From Takakia lepidozioides (lineage: Eukaryota > Plantae > Bryophyta), in NCBI GenBank assembly GCA_030704615.1, contig CM060731.1, forward strand, positions 72,912,001 to 72,976,000: 64,000 bases of DNA, in the 5' to 3' direction. Position 1 is the stretch's first letter; the number at the start of each line of letters is the position of its first letter. Positions 1-11,990 of the stretch are shown here, in pieces. A model generated the notes under the pieces. The model was not told the DNA's origin. It did no database searches and saw nothing but the letters and a program-made list of their open reading frames with translations. A program made the position numbers and the translations under genes.

Positions 1-1104
1 CTTCAGAGGAAGCCATATTGCTGCAAGAGAAATTCCCTCGCAGAAATGCGGAAGCCACAACTTCTGTGTGGATTCTTGTTACAAACGATAGTGGGGATTA
101 CATTTCTCATGCTTTGCATTTCAGACCGAAACCCAAAAATCTGTCACCTTTACTAACGAGGTTGGCAAAGGACAACACGTCATGTATGTCCCAAACCGTT
201 CTGGAAGGGTCAGCCAAGACCTATTTTTAAAGCTGACATACCGTTAAAGAGCCTTTCAGAAACAGTTGTCAAAACAGTTCATGAAACAGTTGTTAAGCAG
301 TTATGTGCCTTTACAGACACATGTGAAATGACGGCGGAGACCAACATCCCATGCCATCCCAATGTGTTCGGCCACGTGGTACCCGACATGCATTGAGTAT
401 AGGGTTTAAGAGGAATCGGCGTCGAACGAATGGAAGATGTTCATCCGGGAGAATCCAAAAAATAGTCATCCATCCGAATCAAATCCATGCAATCGCCATA
501 CCTCCATAATGAAAGACGGCGGCCACCGCAGAACGGACGAGTGTGTCGTTAGGAGGGGGACGCGTATGCAGTGAATACATGCATAACCGCCGAGTGCGAT
601 GCCCCGGCTGCTGCTCATCGCACGACGTCTCTCATTCCAGTAGCTCGTAGTTTTTCAAGCTGGAGAGTAGCAGGAGACAGAGTTTCACGCGAGAGAGTGG
701 AAGGCGTAGAAGATAGTCATTCTTTTGTACTTCAGCGCGAGAGAGGAAGAAGGCAAGAGAGAGAATGAAAGGCCGAAAGCTGAACATGACACTGAAGGAG
801 ATCGCAGAGGAGAGCGCAGCCCTGGAAACCGAACACATGGCGGTGGAGGACCAGCCGCCAGCTCGTGATGAAGTTGGGGACGAAACTGCATCAGAGGACG
901 ACACAGACGCTATGGACACAGACGAGGCAGACGATCTTGCGAAGGAATCCACGCCGAAGGGTAAGAATGTCATGGAGGAGGAGGCGATGCCAAAGGTTAA
1001 GAAGGCTGCCGTTGTTGCCACATCAAAGGCATCTGGGAGTTCTTCGGCCAAAGGACCTCAGGTGATTCTCTTACTTGCCATCTTCTGTCAAGTTTCCAGG
1101 GCAT

Positions 1105-1780
1105 GAAAATTGTGTGCGGTGGCGCACGCAATTTTCTTGCCCTCTTTTCTGCTTTTTATTGCTTGATCATTCAGAGTGAGACCACAGGGATGCAGACAAT
1201 GCATAACAACCAAACCCGGGTGTGACCCACTTCTCACTTTTCATGTACTGCATAGGAGGAGGGACTTTCACATTGCATAATGGTTGTACCATCCCAAGTA
1301 GATTAGAGTTCGACAGCTGAGAGAAGGCCATACAGAGAACCTGAGTACGTCAACGCACGCAATTTCATAATGTTCTCTCTATGACCTTCTCTCAGCTGTG
1401 CTGAGTTAACAAAGACCGAAGCCCTGAATAGGCAGAAAAGTGAGTGTGAGAGAACCGCCAGAAACTGCGTGCGTTGACGCACTCAATTTCTGGAGGTTCT
1501 CTGTATGGCCTTCTCTCAGCTGTGTTGTGTTAACAGAGACAGAATCCCTGAATCGGCAAAAAGGTGAGTGTGAGAGAACCCCCAGAAATTGCGTGCGTCA
1601 ACGCACGCAGTTTCTGGAGCTTCTCTCACACTCACCTTTCTGCCTATTCAGGGAGATTAGAATAAATGTCTGCTGGATACTTTTATGGAAGAGAGTATAT
1701 TGACTTTGGGTATGAAATATGGAAAGAAATGAGTACCTTTCAGAGGGTGGAAAATTGCGTGCGTTGAAGCACGCAATTTC
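1105..1780. repeat. Five copies of ~30-bp palindrome GAAATTGCGTGCG-N4-CGCACGCAATTTC within nested hairpins/~120-bp repeats (intron 1)
   Basis: Copies at ~1105-1136, 1342-1366, 1461-1490, 1585-1614, 1751-1780; ~105-bp near-perfect hairpin at 1546-1653. Confidence 0.9.
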
Positions 1781-2734
1781 TGGCAAGTTTTTACATTCGT
1801 AACCTTTCGTTTTGAGTGCAGACGAAGAAAAAGAAGGTTGAGGAAGAAGTGATTGAGCAGGAACTGGTGGTTGTTGAGGAGGAGGACAATGGCAGGCCAT
1901 ATGAAGACAGAGCGAAAGATCTGCTTTCATTCTCCAAAGTGAATTCTGCCCAAGTCATCAAGGCCATGGGCGTCCCTGGGGGAAAAATAATGATACCCCT
2001 ATGCCGTTTGATCTCCATGCCCTTCGTTCGACCAGCTCTGACAAACGACATTCAAAAGTTGGAACATGATTTTTGCCATGGGTACATAGAGGGTCAATCT
2101 GTTTTTTACGTCTCCTTGGCAGACTCCGCTGGCAGAGAGGTGTTGGTGGACGAGCCCATTGTTGGAGGCTGGGATCCTATCTAGCGACAGATAAATGATG
2201 AGTTCGAATCTATCATTTGCAAGAGGCTCGTCACCTAGCCTTTCTCTGGCAAGATGTTTCATGTGTGGGATGACAACCACCGATTGCTTGCCTGGAGGAA
2301 CATGATCGAGAGATATCATAGCACCGAGGAGGAGTGGCACTACTCTGTGGCCTCAATGGTGCTGGATCCCAAGAGAAACATCACTGCACTGTTGACGGCA
2401 ATGCATGACGTTAACAAGTAAGTGTCTTCTTCACCTGTTATTGTCCGCATTTTTTCCTTCACTGTCTGTTTGCTTTTAGCACTCACTGACAACACACCAC
2501 TGTATGTGACAGGGGAACTGAAACCGCCCATGTGACAACGAACCTTCTTCACACACTATTCAGGATCCAAAATATCGGCCAGATGCCCCTCAATTCATTC
2601 AAGAGCATCTTGAGTGCGGAGTCATTCAAGAAATGTTTGACATCGAAAACGTCAAATACCTGGTACAAGCTGACGAGGGAAGCATTCATGGAGTACATGT
2701 ACACTGTAAGTATTCCATCGCTCTGGCCTTCCAT

Positions 2735-3460
2735 TGTCGCGCACCTCACTTCGGTAAGCTCCCCCTCAAGTCATAGTTACTCGCTTTGATGCGCGCGCCT
2801 GACTCCCAACCTGGCCGCCGGGCCAACTTGGAGCTTTGGCTGCTCACCGGGGCATAACGATCCCCCTTTGTTCTCCCAAAGAACCCTCCACCGATTTGGA
2901 ACCAACGGGAATTCCCTTTGGTAGTTGGCAGTCCGGAACAGCTCCCCACTCTTTGGTCGCTTTCCGGCTCGCTCGCTTACTCACTAGTTTTTGGTCACCA
3001 ACGGGCTTGCACCGTTCTCGGTGTTACTACTCCCTATATATACTTCTGTAGCTATCTGCGGGGGTTTCACAACCAGCCATGCCATTTTATGGCGAACCAC
3101 CACGAAAACCCTCGACTCCCGGTGATGAGTCGCGGTGAGTCTTGGCCCACTCACCACGGCCCTTATGGACCGTGATGAGTCCCAAGACTCCCCACGACTC
3201 CCACCACGAGGTCTCCGCCCCCATGGTGAGTCCTATGCCACCCCCACTAAGTCCCACTAAGCTACCACCACCCTTTGTGGAGCCACCCCCACCGCAACCC
3301 GGTGTGCGGGGCTCCACCTAGTGAGCGCCTCCGCCTCCTTGAGTGCCTTGGGCACTCAAGGGTGCTTCAGCCCCCCGTACCTATCGCTGCCACTGCCCCC
3401 ACCACAGGGGCAGCCCCTCATGTGTCCCGCCCCCTGCCCTCAAGGCAAAGGGCCGCGACA
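2735..3460 (-). repeat. 3' LTR
   Basis: Direct repeat of 8964-9690 with ~12 differences by eye (~98% identity); adjacent purine-rich tract GGTAGGGGTGTG on the minus strand (3461-3472). Confidence 0.95.
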
Positions 3461-4316
3461 CACACCCCTACCAACAGGGAGTCGATGTCCTCATCGGCTT
3501 GTCCATTTTGTAGAAACGAACATCCAAGTTGTGGCGCCCACATCATCAATGGGTTTGTTTCCGTACCATGGCGTCCCATGGTAAAGAACCAAACCCCACA
3601 CTTGACTCTACTCTCCACTAGCTAGTTCGGCCGACTTCCTCCAAGTCCCGGCCAAGGGTGGAGCCTCTCCAGCTCCTCCCAGTGCACTCTTCTGGCCTAC
3701 TTCAAGGCCAAGGAACGATCCTCCCCGAGGATCGAATCGCCTTACTGCAACAACATTGGTTGCGATCGCTCATGATGCCGCTTTTGGCATCACCTTGAGC
3801 AAGGATTCACCTGGAACCCTCTTTGACTAGGAAGATAACCTTGAACCAACCGTGCGCCGCAATCACTACAATTGGGTCCGCCTTGGAATGCTGGCCTGAG
3901 GTACGGGACACGCCGAAGTCGCACTACGACTTCGTCCCGAGGTTACACGATTATAGTACGTGAACGGAAGCACGTAGCTTCCGCGTTAGCCCGCACTACA
4001 AGGCAACCCCCTCGGTAGCGCAGTTATAGTATGCGCACGCGCCAGGTGCGCACTAGCACGTGAACTCCCAAAGAAGGCGCAAGTTTCCTTGCCCCTTGGA
4101 TGGGGTCACCCGATTTCGGCACTACGCAAACACACGATTAACCCAATTTACCTCTCCCACTTTTATAAGCTAGCATGCATTCTACACACTAGCCAACCAT
4201 ACCATGCATCACCATTCCAAACAAATAGGACGCACAACATTTGGAACCATTTCATTTAAGCACGTTTTGTACAATACAAGTTTTTGCAATCGGATTCCTA
4301 AGCTAGCTAAGCCGGG

Positions 4317-7100
4317 CTAAGCATGCATTTCCTCCCCACGCTCCAAGGTTGATGTCCCCATCAATGCTCTTCTCCGCTTTTGAGGTCGCCCTTCGAAAGC
4401 TGCAACCGCCTCGGATGCGTTTCCCATTTCTGAGGCACGCACCCAAGATGCCTCCACATGATGATAGCCCTTCCATTTGACGAGATACTCCGTTTCTCGG
4501 TTCTTGAACCTCCTCGACTTAAGTATTGCCTCCACCTCGTACTCAGGTTCATTTTCATGATCCAACAGCATAGGTGGCGGACGCAACACTTGATGCCGAT
4601 TCGGACGCGCTTCATCTTTGAAGTAAGGCTTCAAAAGGAGACATGGAATACTGGTGCACCTTGCTGTTTGCCGGCAGCTCCAATTCATACACATCCTCAT
4701 TCATAACCTTCCGAATGCGAAAGGGCCCGCATACGGAGGTACGAACTTCGGACTCACTTCGGAGGTAGTCGGAAATTCTTGATGTTCAACCAGACCTCCG
4801 TGCCTGCTTCAAACTTCACTTCCCTCCGCTTTCGATTCGCCTGCCTTTCATACCGTTTCCTAGCTTTGGCAATGTTGTACTTTGCGAGCTTCAACAAACG
4901 CTCGCGTTTTTCCAGTACCGCCGCTACTGCCGGTTCCTCAACGTCCTGGGCGGCCCAACTTGTCGGCACCAGAGGTGCTTTTCCATAGACCAATACAAAG
5001 GGGAAACTCCCGTTGCGGAGTGTTCTGTGTTATTATAACAGAACTCTGCCGCGTCTAAGTGTTCCACCCAGTCTGTTTGGTCTGCCGACACGTAATTCCG
5101 CAAGATTTGCTTCACTACGGAATTCACTCTCCTGTTTGGCCGTCGGTCGGGTCGGAAGGCGGTGCTCATCTTCAGCCTCGTCCCCATCTTCTTCCAAAGT
5201 GCCCTCCAAAATTTACTCGTGAACTTTGGATCGCGGTCCGAGACAATATCCTTCGGGACTCCATGATGCTTTAAGACGTGGGCGAAGTAAAGTCGCCCTG
5301 TCTCCTGCGCTGTTGCCGTCTCTTTGGTGGGGATGAAATGGCCCATTTTACTGAACCTATCCACCACCACCATGATTGCATCGAATCCTTTCGACAGCGG
5401 CATAGCAGTCATGAAATCCATCGAGACGCTTTCCCAAGTCCCCTCTGGAATCGGCAAGGGTTGTAACAGCCCCGCTTGCTTTTTGTACTCGCTCCGGTTT
5501 TGTTGGCATGTGGTGCATGTCTTGACATACTCCTCTGCCTCCTCCCTCAGTTTGGGCCAGAAATACTCTTTCTTCAAGAGTGCCGCAGTGCGCTTGGCTC
5601 CGCCGTGGCCCGCAAGCGGGCTATCATGGCATTCTCTCAAGAGGCTATCTCTGATCCCTCCCTTCGGCACGTAGAGACGCTTTTTGCTTATACCGGAGCA
5701 GTCCATTTTGCAAGTGGAACTGCGATTTAACCCCCATCCTCAAGTCCTGCATCACGGACTTCGCCAGCTCATCCTTCCGGCAAGCCTTTCGGATCTTCTT
5801 TGGAGCGCCGTCTCGCCCTTGTACACCAACAAGAGCTGCTGCTTTCTACTTAAAGCATCGGCCACCACGTTGTCTCGTCCCGGTTTGTACTGGATATCCA
5901 CGTCGAACACCGCCAAAGTATCTTGCCACCTAAGTTGTTTTGGGACAACTTGGGCTGCGTGGAAAATACTTCACCGTGACATTGTCCGTGAACACCTTCA
6001 CTGGGTTGGAACCAACATAGTGGCGCCAAAGCTAAAGACAGTGCACCACCGCCTTCATCTCTTCTCGTGCGTCGGCCACCGTCGCTCCACTTCATTCAGT
6101 TTCTTACTTTCGTAAGCCACTGGACGTCCATCTTGCATCAGTACACCCCCACTCGCGAAGTCCGACGCATCTGTATGTATCTCGAACGGACGATCGAACT
6201 CCGGGATTTTCAAGACTGGAGCTTCCGCCATCCGCTGCTTCAATTCAGCAAAAGTTTGGCCACAAAAGGTGTTCCATGCCTGACTTTAGATTTACACAGA
6301 AGGTCTGACAACGGCCCCGCGATTTTGGCAAATTTCTCACATACTTCCGGTAATAGGAGGCGAGTCCTAGGAAGGATCGCACTCCCGGACCGAAGTCGGA
6401 GGCTCCCAGTCCAAGATCGCCCTCACCTTTCTGTCATCCATTTTGATCCCATCCTGTGTAATCACATGCCCCAGGAACTCCACTTTTGTAACCCCGAATT
6501 TGCACTTTGAAGCTTTGGCATACAGCTTCTCTTCTCGCAATTTTTGGAACACCCTTTTCAGGTGCTCCAGGTGCTCCTTCTTTGTTTTCGAGTACACCAA
6601 GATGTCGTCGATGTACACGATCACAAAGTCATCCAACCACTCCTGGAAAAGGCTGTTCATCAGCGTGCTAAATGTCGCTGGTGCATTGGTGAGCCCAAAG
6701 GCATCACCAAGAACTCATATGAACCATACCTTGTCCTGCACGCGGTCTTCTCCTCATCTCCTTCCGCCACCGAATTTGATGATAGCCGGAGCGCAAGTCG
6801 ATCCGGCTGAAATACTTCGCTCCTGCCAACCGATCAAGAGGTCGTCGATCCTTGGCAAAGGGTACCGGTTTTTGATAGTCACCTTATTCAGAGCCCTGTA
6901 ATCGACACACATCCGCAGCATCCCATCCTTTTTATCTGCAAATAGCACCGGGGCTCCGTAAGGTGACTTACTCGACCGGATGTACCCCTTTGACATTAGA
7001 TCTTTGAGCTGAGTCTTCAGCTCGACCAACTCTCTGTGGCTCAACCGGTAGGGCGCCTTGGCAGGCGTTCCGATCCCGGTATCACCTCAATCTTGTGGTC
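4317..7100 (-). pseudogene. pol: Gypsy pol (RT, RNase H, integrase, chromodomain), frameshifted in this sequence
   Basis: [62 protein letters not shown] and chromodomain YEVEAILKSR..EYLVKWKGY..SW, spread over many frames. Confidence 0.92.
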
Positions 7101-8908
7101 AACTCCTCTTCGCGGTGGCAAACCGCTTGGTAAATCCTCCGGCATCACATCCTGGTATTTCTCCAAAATCCCCTTGATCCCAATCTGGGCTCCGCTCCCC
7201 ATCGCCTTCTCCCTTTACTTCTCTAATGTAAAGCAAAAACTGGGGCTCGTGTGCCTCCTCCACGGCCCACTCCCTTGCTGACAGAAGGTTTATTCGCCCT
7301 CCCACGGATTTGGGTGTTTCCGACACTCGTAAGACCTCGCCACCATTCCCACATGGCAGCGTGACTACTCTCTTGCGGCCATCTATGACCGCTCCGGATT
7401 TGCTCAAAAAAGTCATCCCCAAAATGAGATCCACTCCATCGATCTCGCAGATGGTGAAGTTCCCACGTCCCTCCCAACTCCCCAGTTGAAGAGGAACATC
7501 AAACGCCAACCTTGTCGCCAACTGTGGTTCTCCTTTGGCAGAACGCACCTCAATAGAGGCCCCCCACGTCACTTGTCGGGAGTCCCAGCTTTTGTGCCGT
7601 TGCCGGTGTCATGAAGGAGTGCGACGCTCCTGTGTCCACCAACAACGACACATTAGTTCTGGATATTATCCCATCCACGAACAATAACTGACTCCCTTTA
7701 CGTAAGGCGCCAGTTTCCTGATACAACTCACAAGAAAATTTGCCTACCTTGCAAGTCCTGGTGACCACCGCTTCCACCAAGCGACTGATGGTATCTTCCG
7801 ACAGCTCTGTGGTCGCCCGAGTCATGTTCAATTGCCGGGGCTTCGTGCACTTCTTGGCCATGTGCCCGGGCTCCCCGCAATTGAAACACACTCCATCAAA
7901 GGTTGCCTTCTGTCCGCCATAGGCCGCTCCACCCGCTTTTTCTTTCGAAGCACCGGGTGCCGCCTTGACTTGTGATGGCCCTCCCTTCGATTTCCACGTG
8001 CCATTGTCGCTGCATGGCCTATCCCACTTCTTTTCCGGTCGGAAGGAGTCACCTTCCCGCCGGGTCTTCTTGTGGTTCAGCTCCGTACGGCCTTGTCTTT
8101 CACCCCTAGGGACAGCTGAGAAACATTCAGCCCTCTCAATTGCCTCGTTCAAAGTCTTAGGTGGCTTCTCCTCCAACTTCCACCTGGCCCATGGGGCCAG
8201 TCCCGCCACAAAGTTGAAGACCATTTCCGGTTCTGCCATGTCCGCGACTTCGAGCAAAAACACATTGAAAGCCTGGACATATCCCCGAATGTCGTCTGTT
8301 TGCTTCAAATTCCTCATCTTGTCCCGGGCAAGCCAGGACGCGTTGAGGGGCACAAACTGTCTCTTCATCAATTCCTTGAACCCACTCCAGTTCAAGGTTT
8401 CCGGGCTTGGGCCTCGGCCGTGAAGGAGTTTCTGCCACCATTGTTGAGCATAGCCCCTCAAATAGGTGGGAGCCACTTCCACCCGATCCTCGTTACTCAA
8501 CTTGGCCGCCCAGAAGTACTGCTCTAGCTCCAGGAGCCAGGTGTTGAGTGCTTTCCGATTTCGGACGCCCTCGAAGGTGCCGGGTTCCTTAGGCTTCACC
8601 TTAAACTTTGCCTTAGTGGAAGTGGCATTAGCCGCCTTCAACACGTCTTTCAACGTCCCGCCAAACTGCGCCAACAACCCTTCCCAAAAGGCTGCCGGCA
8701 TGGGAGGCATCTCTTGGTTTGTCGGAGCTCTCAAGGATTCCTCGGGCTCCAACTCCTCAGATTCCTCCCGCTCTTGAGCGGCCTCGTTTTCAGAAACATG
8801 CATCGCTTCCTCAAACGGCCGCCTTGGTGACACGTCGCCCCCATCGGGCTCACCAGGATCATCATCTTTTGGGCCGTTCCGCTTTCGCTTTGGCTTGCCC
8901 GACCCCAT
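7099..8908 (-). CDS. gag: Gypsy gag (CCHC zinc knuckle) and aspartic protease
   Basis: ORF 7550-8962 (likely ATG at 8908) has CFNCGEPGHMAKKC and LLVDTGASHSF; protease continues in another frame (DLILGMTFL). Confidence 0.9.
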
Positions 8909-8949
8909 GATGAGGCCAATCCCAAGGACGATCGCGTATTGAACTCTAA

Positions 8950-8961
8950 GCTCTGATACCA
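8950..8961 (-). other. Primer binding site (tRNA-iMet)
   Basis: TGGTATCAGAGC on the minus strand, 2 nt inside the 5' LTR boundary. Confidence 0.93.
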
Positions 8962-8963
8962 AG

Positions 8964-9690
8964 TGTCGCGCACCTCACTTCGGTAAGCTCCCCCTCAAGT
9001 CATAGTTACTCGCTTTGATGCGCGCGCCTGACTCCCAACCTGGCCGCTGGGCCAACTTGGAGCTTCGGCTGCTCACCGGGGCATAACGGTCCCCCTTTGT
9101 TCTCCCAAAGAACCCTCCACCAATTTGGAACCAACGGGAATTCCCTTTGGTAGTTGGCAGTCCGGAACAGCTCCCCACTCTTTGGTCGCTTTCCGGCTCG
9201 CTCGCTTACTCACTAGTAGTTGGTCACCAACGGGCTTGCACCGTTCTCGGGGTTACTACTCCCTATATATACTTCTGTAGCTATCCGCGGGGGTTTCACA
9301 ACCAGCCATGCCATTTTATGGCGAACCACCACGAAAACCCTCGACTCCCGGTGATGAGTCGCGGTGAGTCTTGGCCCACTCACCACGACCCTTATGGACC
9401 GTGATGAGTCCCAAGACTCCCCACGACTCCCACCACGAGGTCTCCGCCCCCATGGTGAGTCCTATGCCACCCCCACTAAGTCCCGCTAAGCTACCACCAC
9501 CCTTTGTGGAGCCACCCCCACCGCAACCCGGTGTGCGGGGCTCCACCTAGTGAGCGCCTCCGCCTCCTTGAGTGCCTTGGGCACTCAAGGGTGCTTCAGC
9601 CCCCCGTACCTATCGCTGCCACTGCCCCCACCACAGGGGCAGCCCCTCATGTGTTCCGACCCCCTGCCCTCAAGGCAAAGGGCCGCGACA
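8964..9690 (-). repeat. 5' LTR
   Basis: TG...CA bounded copy followed on the minus strand by the PBS. Confidence 0.95.
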
Positions 9691-10569
9691 TCCATTGTCT
9701 GTTGTGATATTGTCAGTAACAAGTGATCTCATTCCGGATTACATTTTGCAGCAAGAAATAGCTGAAGCTGGAGAGAGAGGAAAAGCAGAGTACTATTTGA
9801 AAAACCCGGAGGGTCTGAGGACGTCCAAGGGAGTGGCGGAAGCCATGAAGTTTACGATGAATGAGATACGGAAGAAGCTCATGAGCGCTTTCGTGAAACA
9901 ACTGAGAATAGCTGACCCTGATTTTGGTCCTTAGTTTCTTAACCAGGTGAGGATCCACTGGAACAATAACACCAAACCGGAGATGACACAGGAAAAGCTT
10001 CACCGGTTGTCAACTGCAGCTGTGGAAGCTGGCCAGAAAGTGAAATGGTTGGAGATTTGGAATTCCGACCCAACTGTCAAGGATACATACTGCTTCCCTA
10101 GGGGTGAAAGAGATGAGAACACCGGGCACATCAAACCCTTCAGCGACCAAGTTCTTGATACATGGTTGCACAAAGCCACCTACTGGAGCCTACTTTTCAA
10201 GACTTTATGTGCTTGAAATTTTTGAGAATATCTTCCCATGAATAGACTCTAACCCATGCATATGTATACCTGCAGATTGAAGCTTGTGCAAACAAGGTGC
10301 TGGAGAAACAGCTTTATGACTACAAAATTACCATGACCGTGCCCGAGGACACTCTGGAGGATTACTTGAGGCAGTGGAAGGCCACAGCTTGGAGCAACTG
10401 CTTCTTCAGAGAGTTTTCCTGAGATGGAGGAATCTCCCGAACAAATGACTTTGACCAGCAGTACGGGGCGGAGGGAGCCATGAAGAGGGTCCTATACAGG
10501 TTCGTTAATTTTGTCTTATGTTTGAAAATTATCTTTGGCAATCAGTAGACAGGCAGTTTGTGGCCATGA

Positions 10570-10825
10570 AAAACTGCGTGCGCCAACGCACGCAATTTTA
10601 GAGGGCCACAAACTCAGATGTGCTCTCTCCTCCATCATGGATTTCAATGTTTCGTTGGCAGTTCTGAATGGAATATTTGTCTGCCGAGAAGGGGATATCT
10701 TTCTGCATATGGAACCCTTTGTTTTCTCCTGTTCTTGCATATGGTACTTGTGAGTGTATTTCGGTTGCCTCGTGCTCAAGTATTTGTGCACCCCAAACTG
10801 TGTGCGTCGACGCACGCATTTTGGG
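10570..10825. repeat. Two more copies of the GCGTGCG/CGCACGC palindrome (intron 5)
   Basis: AAAACTGCGTGCG-CCAA-CGCACGCAATTTT at 10570-10599 and CCCAAACTGTGTGCG-TCGA-CGCACGCATTTTGGG at 10792-10825. Confidence 0.88.
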
Positions 10826-11961
10826 AGGGCCGCAATATATGTATTTTTTCCTTCAATGTCTAAAAGTGTACCTCTTTTGTTTTGTAGGTATATCAAGAAG
10901 GTGCTCATTCCGGGAAAAAACCTCAGTAAGTACCCTGCCTTCATCGACTTGTGGTCTGACCCCTCTAACAGTCAGACCATGTACACGGCAGCCATCATTA
11001 GAGACTACGGGAGATATCACCTGAAAGACTGCTGCTGGTATCTAGACATTCCAAAATCAGATTGCCCCTAGTATGAGTTGCAGACACGGAACCAGAACGA
11101 CAATGCAGAGTCTTTGGCCCCTCTTACTGACAAGGAATTGCATGAGAGGAATCTGCGAAACCTCGCTGAGAAGGAACCCGCAGCCAACAGAACTCTTGCG
11201 AGAGGGAAGGGAAAGGGAAAGGGTACAAAGGACAAAGGGAAGGAGAAGGCCACCCAAGGGGAGACTGCGGGTGATGAGGTAGCGCAGACCCCAATTGCAA
11301 ACAAGGAACGAAAACGTAAGGGGGGGATTGAGCCATACGACGCAGTGGAGCACCCATCCAGAATCCAACGAGAATGTAAATGCGAGATTGTCAATGATTC
11401 ATTCCTTGCCATGATGGAAAGCAGAAAATCTGGTTACACTGGAGAACCCTCTCGAACTTGGGGCAAGCTATGTGCATTCCTTGACTCGGTAAGCCAATTC
11501 CCACTGTTTGTCTCCTTTACTGTTTTCCCTTTTGGATAGTTATTTAATTTTTGCCGTCTGTCTGTTTTCAGGTTTCGAAAGGGCAGTGTTGGGTCAATGG
11601 TTCTCTGAAACCATGTTGTGCCAACATGGTGATTGTGGACATTCCGGATGGGCTGCCAGTACCGGACATCCTACCCACAGGCACTTGCCCAACATGGAAT
11701 GCATTTGATGAGAGGTACTGGCGGTGGGTCTTTTCATTTTGCAATTTTTTTTTATCGGATGCAGGGGTTCTTGTAATGATACAGTCGGTCAATACGAAAT
11801 GTCGACGGGAGCTTGCAAGCTACCTCAAGGCCTCGGGGATGAAATCATCAAAACGTGGAATGGTGTGAACAGCCTGTACTTGACAAAGGGCGATTGTCCC
11901 GGACAAATGGTAATCGACTTTCTCTTGCCTGCTTCATTTTAAGTTCCATTTCACCCCTGCA

Positions 11962-11990
11962 GAAATGAGTGCGTCAACGCACTCATTTTC
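11962..11990. repeat. Eighth palindrome copy (intron 7), with compensatory arm changes
   Basis: GAAATGAGTGCG-TCAA-CGCACTCATTTTC. Confidence 0.85.

Larger units (their letters stand above)
2735..9690 (-). mobile_element. Full-length Ty3/Gypsy chromovirus LTR retrotransposon
   Basis: Two ~726-bp LTRs with TGTCGC...GCGACA ends; 5-bp TSD TCCAT (2730-2734 and 9691-9695); tRNA-iMet PBS; gag-PR-RT-RH-INT-chromodomain order. Confidence 0.97.

Noticed and set aside
1105-1780. CRISPR-like array (30-bp palindromic repeats with spacers)
   Set aside because: Spacers are 90-200 bp, irregular and themselves repeated; there are no cas genes and the context is a eukaryotic intron.
5013-8910. Plus-strand ORFs within the Gypsy element
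   Set aside because: They are antisense shadows of gag-pol with no independent motifs.
2182-11071. Stops repaired by U-to-C RNA editing
   Set aside because: Such editing is known from organelles, not nuclear genes, and it cannot fix the probable TGG-to-TAG change or the frameshift.
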